From positions 22,447,026 through 22,511,018 of the forward strand of contig JBOZIK010000001.1 of the NCBI GenBank assembly GCA_051453625.1: a stretch of DNA of 63,993 nucleotides. Direction: 5' to 3'. The notes under the pieces were generated by a model that saw only the letters and a list, made by a program, of their open reading frames with translations, ran no database searches and was not told the origin of the DNA. Source of the DNA: Welwitschia mirabilis (lineage: Eukaryota). The position numbers and the translations under genes were made by a program. Shown piece after piece: positions 25,547 to 38,595 of the stretch. Positions within the stretch are counted from its first letter, which is position 1, and the number at the start of each line of letters is the position of its first letter.

Positions 25547-27856
25547 GCTATTATCATATAGTTCACTTGATGTGAAACATGTGGATAACTGATAGGTAAG
25601 TCTTTAGTCATAACCTAAATTAATTTGCTACAATGTTTAATCTTAACATGCAATTGATCTATAGCAATATAATTTAGATTTAATTAAGATAATTAGAAAA
25701 TCTTTTCATACTTTTAGGTCTAAATTAGAAACCACATCGTAACATGAAGGGAATGAAATAATCTCTTACATTAATGATATAGGAATCATAAGATTACAGA
25801 CTAAAATCACAACTCATAAAGCTTCCATAAGTTTCCCTAGACAATGGGCTACAAAAGTTTTATTGAGGCTTTACCACTTTGATGCTTGATGCTTGGTAGT
25901 ATTTAAGGGAGAAGATAGTGAACCATGGTCTTACACAAGAAACTTCATCTCAAGTTCTTATATAAGAGCCCCTCTTAGTCTTTAAACTTTAATATCTCTT
26001 TCTTCTATCTTATCAACTTCAATTTTGATAACAACTCTTAAAGCACTTCTTAAGTTATTCCCCAAAGCATGCCCTTCATCTTGTTACATCTTTTTCTTCN
26101 NNNNNNNNNNNNNNNNNNNNNNNNNNNNNNNNNNNNNNNNNNNNNNNNNNNNNNNNNNNNNNNNNNNNNNNNNNNNNNNNNNNNNNNNNNNNNNNNNNNN
26201 NNNNNNNNNNNNNNNNNNNNNNNNNNNNNNNNNNNNNNNNNNNNNNNNNNNNNNNNNNNNNNNNNNNNNNNNNNNNNNNNNNNNNNNNNNNNNNNNNNNN
26301 NNNNNNNNNNNNNNNNNNNNNNNNNNNNNNNNNNNNNNNNNNNNNNNNNNNNNNNNNNNNNNNNNNNNNNNNNNNNNNNNNNNNNNNNNNNNNNNNNNNN
26401 NNNNNNNNNNNNNNNNNNNNNNNNNNNNNNNNNNNNNNNNNNCAACTTAGAAACCACATTATAACATGAAGGGAATGAAATAATCTCTTACATTAATGAT
26501 ATAGGAATCACAAGATTACAGACTAAAATCACAACTCATAAAGCTTCCATAAGCTTCCCTAGAAAATGGGCTATAAAAGTTTTATCGAGGCTTTACCACT
26601 TTGATGCTTGATGCCTGGTAGTATTTAAGGAAGAATATAGTGAACCACGGTCTTACATAAGGAACTTCATCTCAAGTTCTTATTTAAGAGCCCCTCTTAG
26701 GCTTTAAACNNNNNNNNNNNNNNNNNNNNNNNNNNNNNNNNNNNNNNNNNNNNNNNNNNNNNNNNNNNNNNNNNNNNNNNNNNNNNNNNNNNNNNNNNNN
26801 NNNNNNNNNNNNNNNNNNNNNNNNNNNNNNNNNNNNNNNNNCTTATTAAGAAAGAATCCTTCTAGTATTATTCACTTATACTTTTTACTAAAACTAATAT
26901 CTAAACATAGCTTATTCCTTATAATTTTATTCCCTCTAAACTTAACATATTCCTTTTGCATAAATTTTGTATAAAGCACATTAACAACTATACATTGTAT
27001 CTACATGGTGATTATGGATGGTGTTTTCATGGAAATCATGGAAGTTACATATGGAAGACTTTATTTTTTATGAAAGAATACTAAAATTTTAGCAAAGACA
27101 TTCCTAACTAAAACAAACTCCTTATTTTTATTTTTCAAGAATGCTCCTGCATTAATTATTCTAACAAGGACTTTGATAAATTTTTTAATGAATTAAATTT
27201 TTATATAAAATGAACCTTGTAGGTTTAGCACTTGGAGCTAAATTGTTATGTATAAGAAAAATGGAAGTTTGTTTCATAGATAATATTCTTTATATCTTTC
27301 CTTAGAAGTGGTTTGTTTTAAAAAACCTATAATATACTATAACATTATGCCATCACTTAAGGATGCCATCTTGCTATAATCATCTTAATCTTTTAGATTT
27401 TATAGATATGAGATAAGGTTCCTTTGTCCAAAAGAAAAAAGTAAAACAATTTTTTATTTCATTCACGAATGATGAATTAAATATAATTTCTACCATTAAC
27501 ATGGAGTTGTCTTTTCTTAAGGCATGATTCATGCTAGAAGGATCTTAATAAGTCCTAGGTAAAATGACAAAATATCTATTAAGTTTACTTTTTATTCTAA
27601 TTAATAAAGTATTCATTTATTGAAAAAATATAGGAAACATATATCTTACATTCTTTTTACCATAATAAAATTTTTTCTTTGTTGTGTTTAGCTCTACATA
27701 ACTTAGCATTTGCCATAGCTATTGAAGATGAGATGAAATAATGCTAGAATTATTTTGTATTTTACAAAGATAGCTTCTTGCTGTACAACACTATAATCAT
27801 TTGAATATGTAGTTAACCAATATAGTAGACGCACTTTTACAAGTTCTTTAAGTATT

Positions 27857-30800
27857 GGTATTTGATAAAAATGGTTCAAGCTTACTTTTTTAATATTTTT
27901 TATATTTAATAAAACTAAAATTGCAAAAATGATGGACTTCCCTTGATATTTTTACTATGTTAAAACAAATCTTAATAGGCTTAAATGATTTCAAATCATC
28001 TTCTTCTAAATTATACTTGTTACTTGAGCTCCCCTTAGTTTCAATAACATTATAACAGATAAACTAGTAGAAACAGAAAAATGGAAAGAATAGCAAAAAT
28101 AAGAATGTCAATGAAATAAGGAAAAGTAGCCATAATATAGTTTTAAGAAATGATAAGGATAGGAGAATGTTACTTCAAACTTATAGGGCGTAGCTTCATT
28201 ACCCTAAAAAAATAAAAATAAAATTAGAATTAAAAAGGAAAAAGATAAGTGTTAAATTTTGATATTTTTATAGATTTAATTCACATATTTTATCATGAAA
28301 TTTTAAAAAATAATTTTGGAAGTTTCATTTAATTTTCTTCATTTGATTTGACAAGCTTATTTATGCTCAAATCTAGCTAAGCATGCTTTGTAGATTTTGG
28401 AAGTTATACATCATTCCTACATATCTATATCCTTTATTAAAAAAAACAATTGGGATGATGTTAATACTATTTCATTTAATAATGTTTAAGAAGTAAGAAG
28501 GAGGAAATAATATCTTCGTGTTTTTTCATAAAGGAAAATATGGCTTCTTATTTTATTTCAGCCTTTAAATTTATGATAAGACTATTGTGTAACTTGGTTA
28601 AGCATGTATTTTACACCATAAAACAATCATAAGTATTATAACTACAAGAGATTAGAGAGCATGAGAACACTTAAGAAAGAGAAATATATTGCAAGTTATT
28701 TAAAAATAAGTTAGAATACAAAAATAAGAGAAACTGTAATGTAACTAATCAAATAATCCAAGTTAATACCAAACTTTAGTTGGTTATTACCTAATTAGTC
28801 TCAGACCACCTATAATATTATATCAATCATCAATCAGCTTTAACTAATACACAATTTAAGAATTACAATTTTAGATGTTTTATTAAGTCAAATACATGTA
28901 ATAAATGAGTTACATTAAGGGCTTCAATGACTTTTTAACTCCTTCCCCTTTATCACATCTTTTAGCAATGTATTCAATAACCTTGGCAAGGATAATCTCC
29001 TTGCTTTTATAGCTTGTAAATACATTGGAAAGTTAAGAGAGTTAATTATGTAAGAACCAATTTTGTTTCTCCTTATGTTAACAAATGACGGCATGTGGTG
29101 ATAGTTTTATTTTATAGCAGCAAATGGCATTACTGGATGATGTTATTGAATGATGATATGTGGTAATAGTTCTAGCCTATAATAGAATAAGTCATCACTA
29201 GATAGTCTTTGCAATGTTAAAAAGTAATAATGAACTTGACTATTTTTCTATTATCATTAAATTATTATCCTAACAATCAAATATGGTAATGATCTTGTAA
29301 ATAAGGTTATCAATAAATTACTTTTTAGTGATGATGTTATATAGAAGTAGAGATGATATTCTCAATTCTTTTATCTTTAGCCAACTTTACTTTTATGATT
29401 TTTAATTCTCTTTTGGAGTTTCTTAAAATCTTATTCAAACTTAATTTTCATAATTAAAATATCACATAGGTCTTTTTTTAAGTGTTTATCATAGGCCTTT
29501 ATGAGGCCCTTAGCAAGACTTGGTAAGGTAGGCTAATTAAAGATAAATAATACCTATTGAAGAAAATTATAAAAATAAAGTAGCAAAAAGACATCACAAA
29601 AATAAAGTAGTAAAACAAAGTCAATATTTGTATTAACATAAATCATGTATTACAAAAGTCAAAAAGAATAACATGTAACTTACTAAAATAGACTAATAAG
29701 AAGGATATGTGAAAGAAGAGGGAATAACAACATGGGTTTTCTGAAGAGGAGCTACAAATAAAAACTCTTCCTCCTCTTCTCTGATAATTGGTTTGAAAGA
29801 ATCTAACTCATCTAATGTGATGGTCAAGATATGCATTTTCTTTGTAATTTGGGACAATTACTGATTAATTCCAATTAAAATGAGATCTTTGCTATTAGAA
29901 ATGTATATGTCCAAGTTGTTTTAATCTTTTTTGTATGCTATCCATGCATTAAGATACCTCAAATATGATGGTTGTAATTTGAAGGTCAAAAGAATTCCAT
30001 GTTTGTAATTTGATTGTTGATGTAGGCTTACATATCCTCCATCTTTTGATTGAAATGCCACCATATACCTATGATCTAGTTTAATATGTCAAATAAGTTT
30101 TGGTCACAATGCTTAACCTTTTTCAAAGACCATCTTTCAGAAATTTTTAATTATCTAAATGGAATTAGAGATGAATCCTACATTTGTGGATGGGGGAATA
30201 AATCATTAGATTAATCTATTGATGAGGCATGGCTATATCAAAAATGACATATTACCCTCCTTTGTAAACTCTACTATATGGGATTAAATAAATGCAAGAA
30301 AATTACATTTTGTGTTCTTCCACAATGATGCTAAGATCATAAAGATAAGAACCATTACATTACTAGAATGAGAGGATGGAATGATATTTGCTTGAATTTC
30401 CTTTGTCACTATCTTTTCATATTTATGAAGATTCTAAGCTTGGCTCCTCTAGGTTATAATATTATTGCATAATTAGGAATGAGCACCTAAATATATTATC
30501 TTTATTCCACAAAATATCCAACAAGAGGAAGGAATTCGTGGCTTCTTCCAAACATGCCAAGTTGATAGGCCATAGTATGAATGTTAATATTGATATGAAC
30601 TCTAAATAAAATAGAAGTTAAGAAACATTTATTTTCTTCCATTATTATACTAATGATCAAGAATAACTCTGCTATTTCTTGATGCAAAAATTATCCATTA
30701 GTAGTTGCAATTCATAATTGTTGTCTATTTTTTGAAGCATATTATTAAAAGATCTTTCTATGAAAAACTAAGCTTTGTAAATGGCTATTAATGGAGTTAT

Positions 30801-32599
30801 TATTTAATCAATGATTTTAAATCCTTGAGATTTTCTTATTATTATTCCTCTAGCTACTCTTTAGATTAGTCTAAAGATTATTCTTTAACATAGTCTTGAT
30901 TTGTATGGTGGGTGATGAAGATAGATGATACTAAAGCTTTTCTCAATATTTTTCATGCAGGAGAAAATGATGATTAATCCATGGATGTTAGAAAATTATG
31001 CTTCTTAAAATTGCTAGAAAGTCATTTAGAGATCTTAGGCATGATTAAAGTATAAGTGAAATGAAGTAATTATGAGTTTGAAAATGGAGGGACAACATGA
31101 ATTTATAACCCTACAATGTATTACTAGGTAGTTACTAGATGATCTAAGTAGCAATTTCAACTAAATAACAATGTCCATTGTTTCCTACCTCACTCGCTAA
31201 CACAAGTATTGATGATGATTAAATGTGGTAGCTATTGCTACAATACATTGCTAGATATAAGAAGCAGTGATACTCAAGTCATTACTACTTGATTTAATGG
31301 GCAATTATAAGCAATAATTACTTAATAACTTTTAAAAATTTAGAAGTTTAAGTAATAATACACACTAATATTTATTTTTATGATATTAGCTAACAAATGA
31401 AATGAGTTGAATAATGGTTATAGTGAAAAAAATTTCTATCTAATGCAAATAAGTAAATCAAGAAAATAATTGGCTAGATCCTAGTAGTTACTATACATAA
31501 CTATATGATGAGATTAAGAAAAAATAATAAAGGGTTTTCTTTAAAGCATAGATCAGTGATAATGAACTTGTAATAAAAGCCTTTTGCAATGATCAAGATA
31601 CCTTTAAAGGTGTATAACTAGATGACAGCCCATCACTTATTAATTCAAGATGGTTTTATGTCTTCATTGAGTTAGATTGAAAAGGTTGAAGGTCAGTTAT
31701 TTCATAGGAAACAATTTAAGGCTATAGTAAATTACATAGGTGTTCTTTTTGGATAGGATATAGTTAAAACCATTATGTTGTAGTGAGTGACATTCCTTAA
31801 CAATCTATGATGAAACTCCTCCTTATGAATTAAACCATTCCATAGAGTGCAAAGAGAATGGGGATTGGGAATCCATCTATTAAGCATCTACTCACATTAG
31901 TATAGCATTTTCAAAACATAAATTCTACCCAAAAATACATTGTAATTGGTTCCTTAAATGTTGTAATCTTAAGTGGGCTTAGTATACATTCAAAAAGGTA
32001 TATCCTAAATGATGTTATTACTTTATTCCTTCTCTCATTATTTTTCTTTTTCATTTATTTTTCTTTTTTTGGGACTAATGACATTTTAAAAAAATGAATC
32101 TAACTCAATAAAAGCACTATATAAGATTAACTCAAATCTGTAATTCAAGGGCACTAGTTCTAAAAAGTATGCACTTGAAAATTTTACTTGATACAAGGAA
32201 AGCTAAAATTTTATTTTCTTTACAAGAGATTAAATGGATGAATATTTTTAATCATTGTCCTTTCTATTAAAAATTTTAGGTAATCAATAAGTAATACTCA
32301 TTTTTAAAGGAACTATCAAGTGTAGTTCTTCTAGTAAGCAAGAATATTATCTTAGTAGATTACCTTTAAAATACGATTTTAAGTGTTGTCCATTGATGTG
32401 AAATATTTCAAGGGTGATGGGATCTTAAATAAAATGTAACCTATTAGAATTGATTTTTTGAAAAAGATATGATTATAACCACTTAGATATAAGTTAATTA
32501 TGAACTATACTAGCTTCAGTATTAAAGAGGAGTACTCACTAATCAAGTCTAAAATGATTAGACTAAAATTATTTATCATGAAAATATTGGGCTTGAGGT
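27857..32599 (-). mobile_element. Element G: 3' half of an Athila-type element (integrase C-terminus, env-like ORF, long 3' non-coding region)
   Basis: IN C-terminus FHDK...VLLFN...SKW...DPITLEIFHINGQHLKSYF at ~32370-32595, followed downstream by an env-like ORF. Left boundary is only the limit of homology with the other copies. Confidence 0.75.
29700..30960 (-). pseudogene. env-like ORF remnant of element G (copy 1)
   Basis: IAELF...FLTSILFRVHININIHTMAYQLGM and FLI*PCLINRL resemble the VxEFYAN...VRG...I...LG and LxxPxLI motifs of Athila env-like proteins. Confidence 0.6.
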
Positions 32600-33346
32600 N
32601 NNNNNNNNNNNNNNNNNNNNNNNNNNNNNNNNNNNNNNNNNNNNNNNNNNNNNNNNNNNNNNNNNNNNNNNNNNNNNNNNNNNNNNNNNNNNNNNNNNNN
32701 NNNNNNNNNNNNNNNNNNNNNNNNNNNNNNNNNNNNNNNNNNNNNNNNNNNNNNNNNNNNNNNNNNNNNNNNNNNNNNNNNNNNNNNNNNNNNNNNNNNN
32801 NNNNNNNNNNNNNNNNNNNNNNNNNNNNNNNNNNNNNNNNNNNNNNNNNNNNNNNNNNNNNNNNNNNNNNNNNNNNNNNNNNNNNNNNNNNNNNNNNNNN
32901 NNNNNNNNNNNNNNNNNNNNNNNNNNNNNNNNNNNNNNNNNNNNNNNNNNNNNNNNNNNNNNNNNNNNNNNNNNNNNNNNNNNNNNNNNNNNNNNNNNNN
33001 NNNNNNNNNNNNNNNNNNNNNNNNNNNNNNNNNNNNNNNNNNNNNNNNNNNNNNNNNNNNNNNNNNNNNNNNNNNNNNNNNNNNNNNNNNNNNNNNNNNN
33101 NNNNNNNNNNNNNNNNNNNNNNNNNNNNNNNNNNNNNNNNNTTTATTTTCATCTAATTGTTGAATGTATAGGAAGTATTTATAAAAATTAGATTCTTCAT
33201 CTAATAAGTTCAAAGTATGACAAGTCTTAAAAGAATAAAAATTAATATTAGTAGAAAGCATACAAGATATACTATAAACTAATTCATAGAGAGAGAACTC
33301 AAGAGAATTTTTCTACATAGTTTATAAGACTAAAGAATATCATCAA

Positions 33347-33799
33347 GCTTCAAATACCAATTGTTACATGAAGAGCCAACAATTTTTTTGAAAGTGTTTT
33401 CTTGATTTTCCTATTCACATTTTCAACATGAGTAAAAAGCATTAGCAATATAATGTTAAATTCCTAATTGTAAGAGAAGTTTTCTAAAAATGTTTTTAAT
33501 AAAATGAATTCCTTAATCATTATAAGAATAAAAGGAAAGACAAAATAAAAAAATTGGATTTAATAAATTGATAAATGGTTAAGACATTCTTGATTATGGT
33601 AAGAAGGGCTTCCCCTCATTTGGTCATGTAATCTATGAAAATGAGAATGTACTTCTTTCCATGAGATGACCAATCTAACTATTTAATATAATTAATTTTT
33701 TAATAATTAAATGATTCACACTTTATGATGAATTAAAGTGGCATGTATTCACTATAAGTCAAGCCCACAAAGTTTTTTCAAGGCTCACATTTCTTAACA
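33347..33799 (-). mobile_element. Element H: short (~440 bp) copia-type 5' LTR (33362-33799) plus Met PBS (33347-33359); internal part lost in the gap
   Basis: TGTTACA...TTAACA termini; minus strand TGGTATTTGAAGC directly after the LTR. Confidence 0.65.
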
Positions 33800-34599
33800 A
33801 ATTGAAAAGAATTATGGAAAAACAAAGGACAAAATAATCTAGCATGAAGGATTTTCATAGCTATTTTCTTTCCACTAAAGTTCCTTCACAAAGTCTCCTA
33901 TGATAGTTATAAAATTTCTTGTTGTACCCATTTTGAAATGTATCTTCTCATAACTTAATACTTATACATGTAATAAAGGAAAGAAGAAATCCACTCATAC
34001 TTATCTAGCTTATGCAGAAAACTTTTCATTGAGGAGAACTTCAAGTATAGGGTTTTTATAGGTAACAAGCTAATTCAAAATTTATACATACCATGGATAA
34101 GAATGTTTTTTTAAATTGGTCATTTACTTTTTGCACAACAAATAACTTATTCATTAGAAATTTATCCTTAATAATTAATGGTTCAAAGGAAAAAGTAAAA
34201 AAGATAAATGAAAAATATGATCATACATAGAATTATCCTTTTTAACTTTATTCATAACTATAAGATTGAATTCTTGGAGTAGTAAGATCCAATAGATTAA
34301 TATAGACTTCAATGTTCATTTGATCATAAGGTAATGAATCGAAAAAGAATTAACATAAATACTCACATGATATTCCAAAAGATAATGATAAAATTTATGA
34401 AGAAAATTCATAATGGCTAGTAATTTATTTTCAATAATCATGTAATTTAGTTAAGCTCTTAAAAATGTTTTAGTATGGTAAGTAATAACATAAAACATTT
34501 TACCAAATTTTTGATCTAAAACTTCATTAATATCATAATCACTAGAATTACACGTTAATTCAAAATCTTTTAATTAATCAAGGCCAATTATTATTAGAG

Positions 34600-36525
34600 T
34601 GTCAAACCTTACAAGTTATTAATTAATGAAAAGTTAAATCTCATATAACTTTAATAATAGAATGTCCTTACGCAGGATTGAAAGGATGGCCTTGAAATTA
34701 ATCATCAAATAATATTGATGAAGTTACAAAAGACATGAAGGAATAAAGTAGAAAATGGAGTTCAAGTACTTAAAAGGTAGAAAAAACATCAAGTATTGAA
34801 CCAACATTCTCCATGGGGTTAACCACCTTTAGGAAAAAAACATAGAGAAAAGCATTAAGTGATTAACCAAATATCTTTAGGGAGTCAAACGTCTACTATT
34901 AATGTGAACCAAAAGCATCAAGTGATTGACTAGTAGCATTAAGTGGTCAATTGTCCATAAGGTCAATTGACTCCATATTGAGGTCAATCATTCAAAGCAT
35001 TTTCTAGGAATGTAACAATTTCATTTAATCAGATCCTCAAAGGAATCACTACTACTCTGATCATTAATCAAAATACAACTATTTAAGACTGTTGAAAATA
35101 GCTTGAAGTTGTTTTGAAATGCTAGCCAATCATTCTAAGGCTTTCAGTATTATCTTGTTCATCATCAATTTTATTAATAGCTATAATTCATATGTTATAA
35201 ATAGGAAAGCTATTATTATTTGTAATACCTTTTGATCTTTTTAATAACTTTAAAAAACACACTATTAATCACTCTCTATGGGTTTTTAAGTCATCAAAAA
35301 TCCAATTTTTATTGTAATTAAGCTAATTTTTTCTTATGCTTGTGACTAAGGATTATAGAAAAATCTTGATTATATTGCTTGAGAACTATCACAAAGTTTG
35401 ATGGAGTGTGATTAGAGGCTACACTAGTAATAAAGGAAAACAAACCTGTTTTCTTTACTTTATGCCTTCTTAGTTTACTAGTTAACTAAATTAATATGAT
35501 AAATTATTTTATTCAAAATTAATTATATGAATTATCATCTTAATTAAAGTGTAAATAATAATTGATCACATTTGATGGTATTATTCATTATGAAAACTTA
35601 GTATTAAACATTTAAATTGTAAAAACTACCTTAGATACCCTATTCAATTCTTTTCTTTAGGATAGCTAGTCTTAGCAATTGGTATTAGAGCTTTGGTATA
35701 GGTATTTTTTCTATTATTGAATTATTTAACAAGTATTTAAGGATGGAAGATCAACCAACCAATTATCCTCCTTACTTTAAAAATGATAACTATGAGATCT
35801 GAAAAACAAGGATGCAAGTATTCATTAAAGCAATGAGCTTTAACTATTGAACAATTATAGAAGAAATATTTCATCCTTCTATACAAGAATAAGAAATTGA
35901 TGGAATGGAAACATTTATGATCAAATAAATGAGCATATGAGATGATGCTAATAAAGATAAGGCTTTACTCAATAAGAAGGCCATAAATGACATAATCTAT
36001 AGTTTTAATATGGAAGACTACAAAAAGGTAAGAAACTTTACCACTACTAAAGAGATTTAAAATTATTTATAAATGATATATAAAGAAATAAGTTAGATAA
36101 AAAAGAAAAGGAAACAAATTTTGATGATTCAATTTTAGCAAATTCAAATGTAAGAAGATCAAAGTTTTACATATTTCAGCAACAAATTCATAAAATTATC
36201 AATAGACTTTGGGTCTTATAGAACCTCTAAAGACAAGCCAAATTACTAAGAAGATCTTAAGGTCTCTTTTAAAAACATGTAAGAATAAGGTATGAAGATA
36301 TAAAAAACATTGAGAAGATCAAACTAGAGGAGTTAGTAAGTAATATATTAATCTTTGGATTGCATCATCTTCAAAAATGTAATGAATGTTAAATTATAAA
36401 TCTTAATGCAAATCAAGTACCTTCTTCAAGAACCAGAGATAATGATTCTTCTAGTTTAACTTCCAATTCTAATTTTGATGAAGAACCAGCTTTATTCACT
36501 AGAAAACCCAAGAAGATATTAACAA
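34600..36525 (+). mobile_element. Truncated family-B copia, copy 1: LTR 34600-35677, PBS 35680-35691, partial gag from 35743
   Basis: TGTCAAACC...GCA, then TGGTATTAGAGC, then MEDQPTNYPPYFKNDNYEI*KTRMQVFIK; homologous to 17650-19598 (minus). Confidence 0.88.
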
Positions 36526-38452
36526 GTATTTGACAAAATAATCTAAGATTACTTCTTTAACCTTTTTTATATTTTTTAATGATGTTAATTTGAAATAACT
36601 ATTTGTTTTAGCATGTTTAGTAAAAATAAAATTGAAAAAAGGATGGATTTCCCTTAATATTTATGCTATGTCAAAATAAACCTTAATAGGCATAAATGAT
36701 TCTAAATCATATTCTTTTAAATTATACTTATTACTTGAGCTCCTTTAATAACATTATAATACACAAACTAATATAAGATAAAAAATGGAAATAATAATAG
36801 GGAAAAAATTCCATTTAAATAATAATAAAAAAAAGTAATCATAATAGACTTTTAGGGACTGGAAATGGTAGGAGAATGGCACTTCAATGTAGCCTAGCTT
36901 CATCGCCCAAAAAAAGGGAAAAAAAAGAGCTTAAAAAATGGATAAGATAAGAATTACCTTTTGATCTTTTTATAGATTTAATTCACATATTTATCATGAA
37001 ATTTCAAACNNNNNNNNNNNNNNNNNNNNNNNNNNNNNNNNNNNNNNNNNNNNNNNNNNNNNNNNNNNNNNNNNNNNNNNNNNNNNNNNNNNNNNNNNNN
37101 NNNNNNNNNNNNNNNNNNNNNNNNNNNNNNNNNNNNNNNNNNNNNNNNNNNNNNNNNNNNNNNNNNNNNNNNNNNNNNNNNNNNNNNNNNNNNNNNNNNN
37201 NNNNNNNNNNNNNNNNNNNNNNNNNNNNNNNNNNNNNNNNNNNNNNNNNNNNNNNNNNNNNNNNNNNNNNNNNNNNNNNNNNNNNNNNNNNNNNNNNNNN
37301 NNNNNNNNNNNNNNNNNNNNNNNNNNNNATCCTAAGTATTATAACTAATGAAGAAAAGAGATTAGAGAGTAGAATAACACTTGAGAAAGAGAAAGAAATT
37401 GCAAATTTTTTGAAAAGAAGTTAAAATACAAAAATAAGATAAACTGTAATGTAACTAATCAAATAATCCATGTTAGTACCACACTTTAGTTGGTTGTCAT
37501 CTAATTAGTCTCATACCATCTACTAATATTATATTAATCATTAACCAACTTTAACTANNNNNNNNNNNNNNNNNNNNNNNNNNNNNNNNNNNNNNNNNNN
37601 NNNNNNNNNNNNNNNNNNNNNNNNNNNNNNNNNNNNNNNNNNNNNNNNNNNNNNNNNNNNNNNNNNNNNNNNNNNNNNNNNNNNNNNNNNNNNNNNNNNN
37701 NNNNNNNNNNNNNNNNNNNNNNNNNNNNNNNNNNNNNNNNNNNNNNNNNNNNNNNNNNNNNNNNNNNNNNNNNNNNNNNNNNNNNNNNNNNNNNNNNNNN
37801 NNNNNNNNNNNNNNNNNNNNNNNNNNNNNNNNNNNNNNNNNNNNNNNNNNNNNNNNNNNNNNNNNNNNNNNNNNNNNNNNNNNNNNNNNNNNNNNNNNNN
37901 NNNNNNNNNNNNNNNNNNNNNNNNNNNNNNNNNNNNNNNNNNNNNNNNNNNNNNNNNNNNNNNNNNNNNNNNNNNNNNNNNNNNNNNNNNNNNNNNNNNN
38001 NNNNNNNNNNNNNNNNNNNNNNNNNNNNNNNNNNNNNNNNNNNNNNNTAATGTAACTAATCAAATAATCCAGGTTAGTACCACACTTTAGTTGGTTGTCA
38101 CCTAATTAGTCTCATACCATCTACTAATATTATATTAATCATTAATCAACTTTAACTAATATAAAATTTAAGAATTAGAATATCTGATGTTTTATTAAGT
38201 CAAATACATATAACAAATGACTTACATTAATGGCTTTAATGGCTTTTTAACTCCTCCCCCCTTTGTCACATCTTTTAGCAGTGTATTCACCAGCCTTGGC
38301 AAGGACAATACACTTACTTTTATGGCTTGTAAATACATTGGAAAGTTAAAAGAGTTAATTATTTAAGAACTAATTTTATTACTACTTATGTTAATGGAAG
38401 ATGGCATGTATTGATAGTTTTATTCTATAATAGTAGAGGCATTACTAGATGA
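36525..38452 (-). repeat. Element G 3' non-coding region, copy 2 (gapped)
   Basis: Colinear with 27857-29140 and 40477-41787. Confidence 0.8.
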
Positions 38453-38595
38453 TGTAATTTAGTTAAGCTCTTAAAAATGTTTTAGTAGGGTAAGTAATAG
38501 CATAAAACATTTTACCATATTTTTTATCCAAAACTCCATCACTAGCATGATCACTAGCATTACACATTAATTCAAACTATTTTAATTAATCAAGG

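Noticed and set aside
26861..27850. Scattered splice-like signals in AT-rich DNA (also 33800-34440 and 55340-56000)
   Set aside because: No recognisable reading frame; such signals are expected by chance.
31600..32000. Possible Ulp1-like protease remnant (RWFYVFI...DIP*Q)
   Set aside because: No catalytic motif recoverable; position fits the IN-env spacer of element G.
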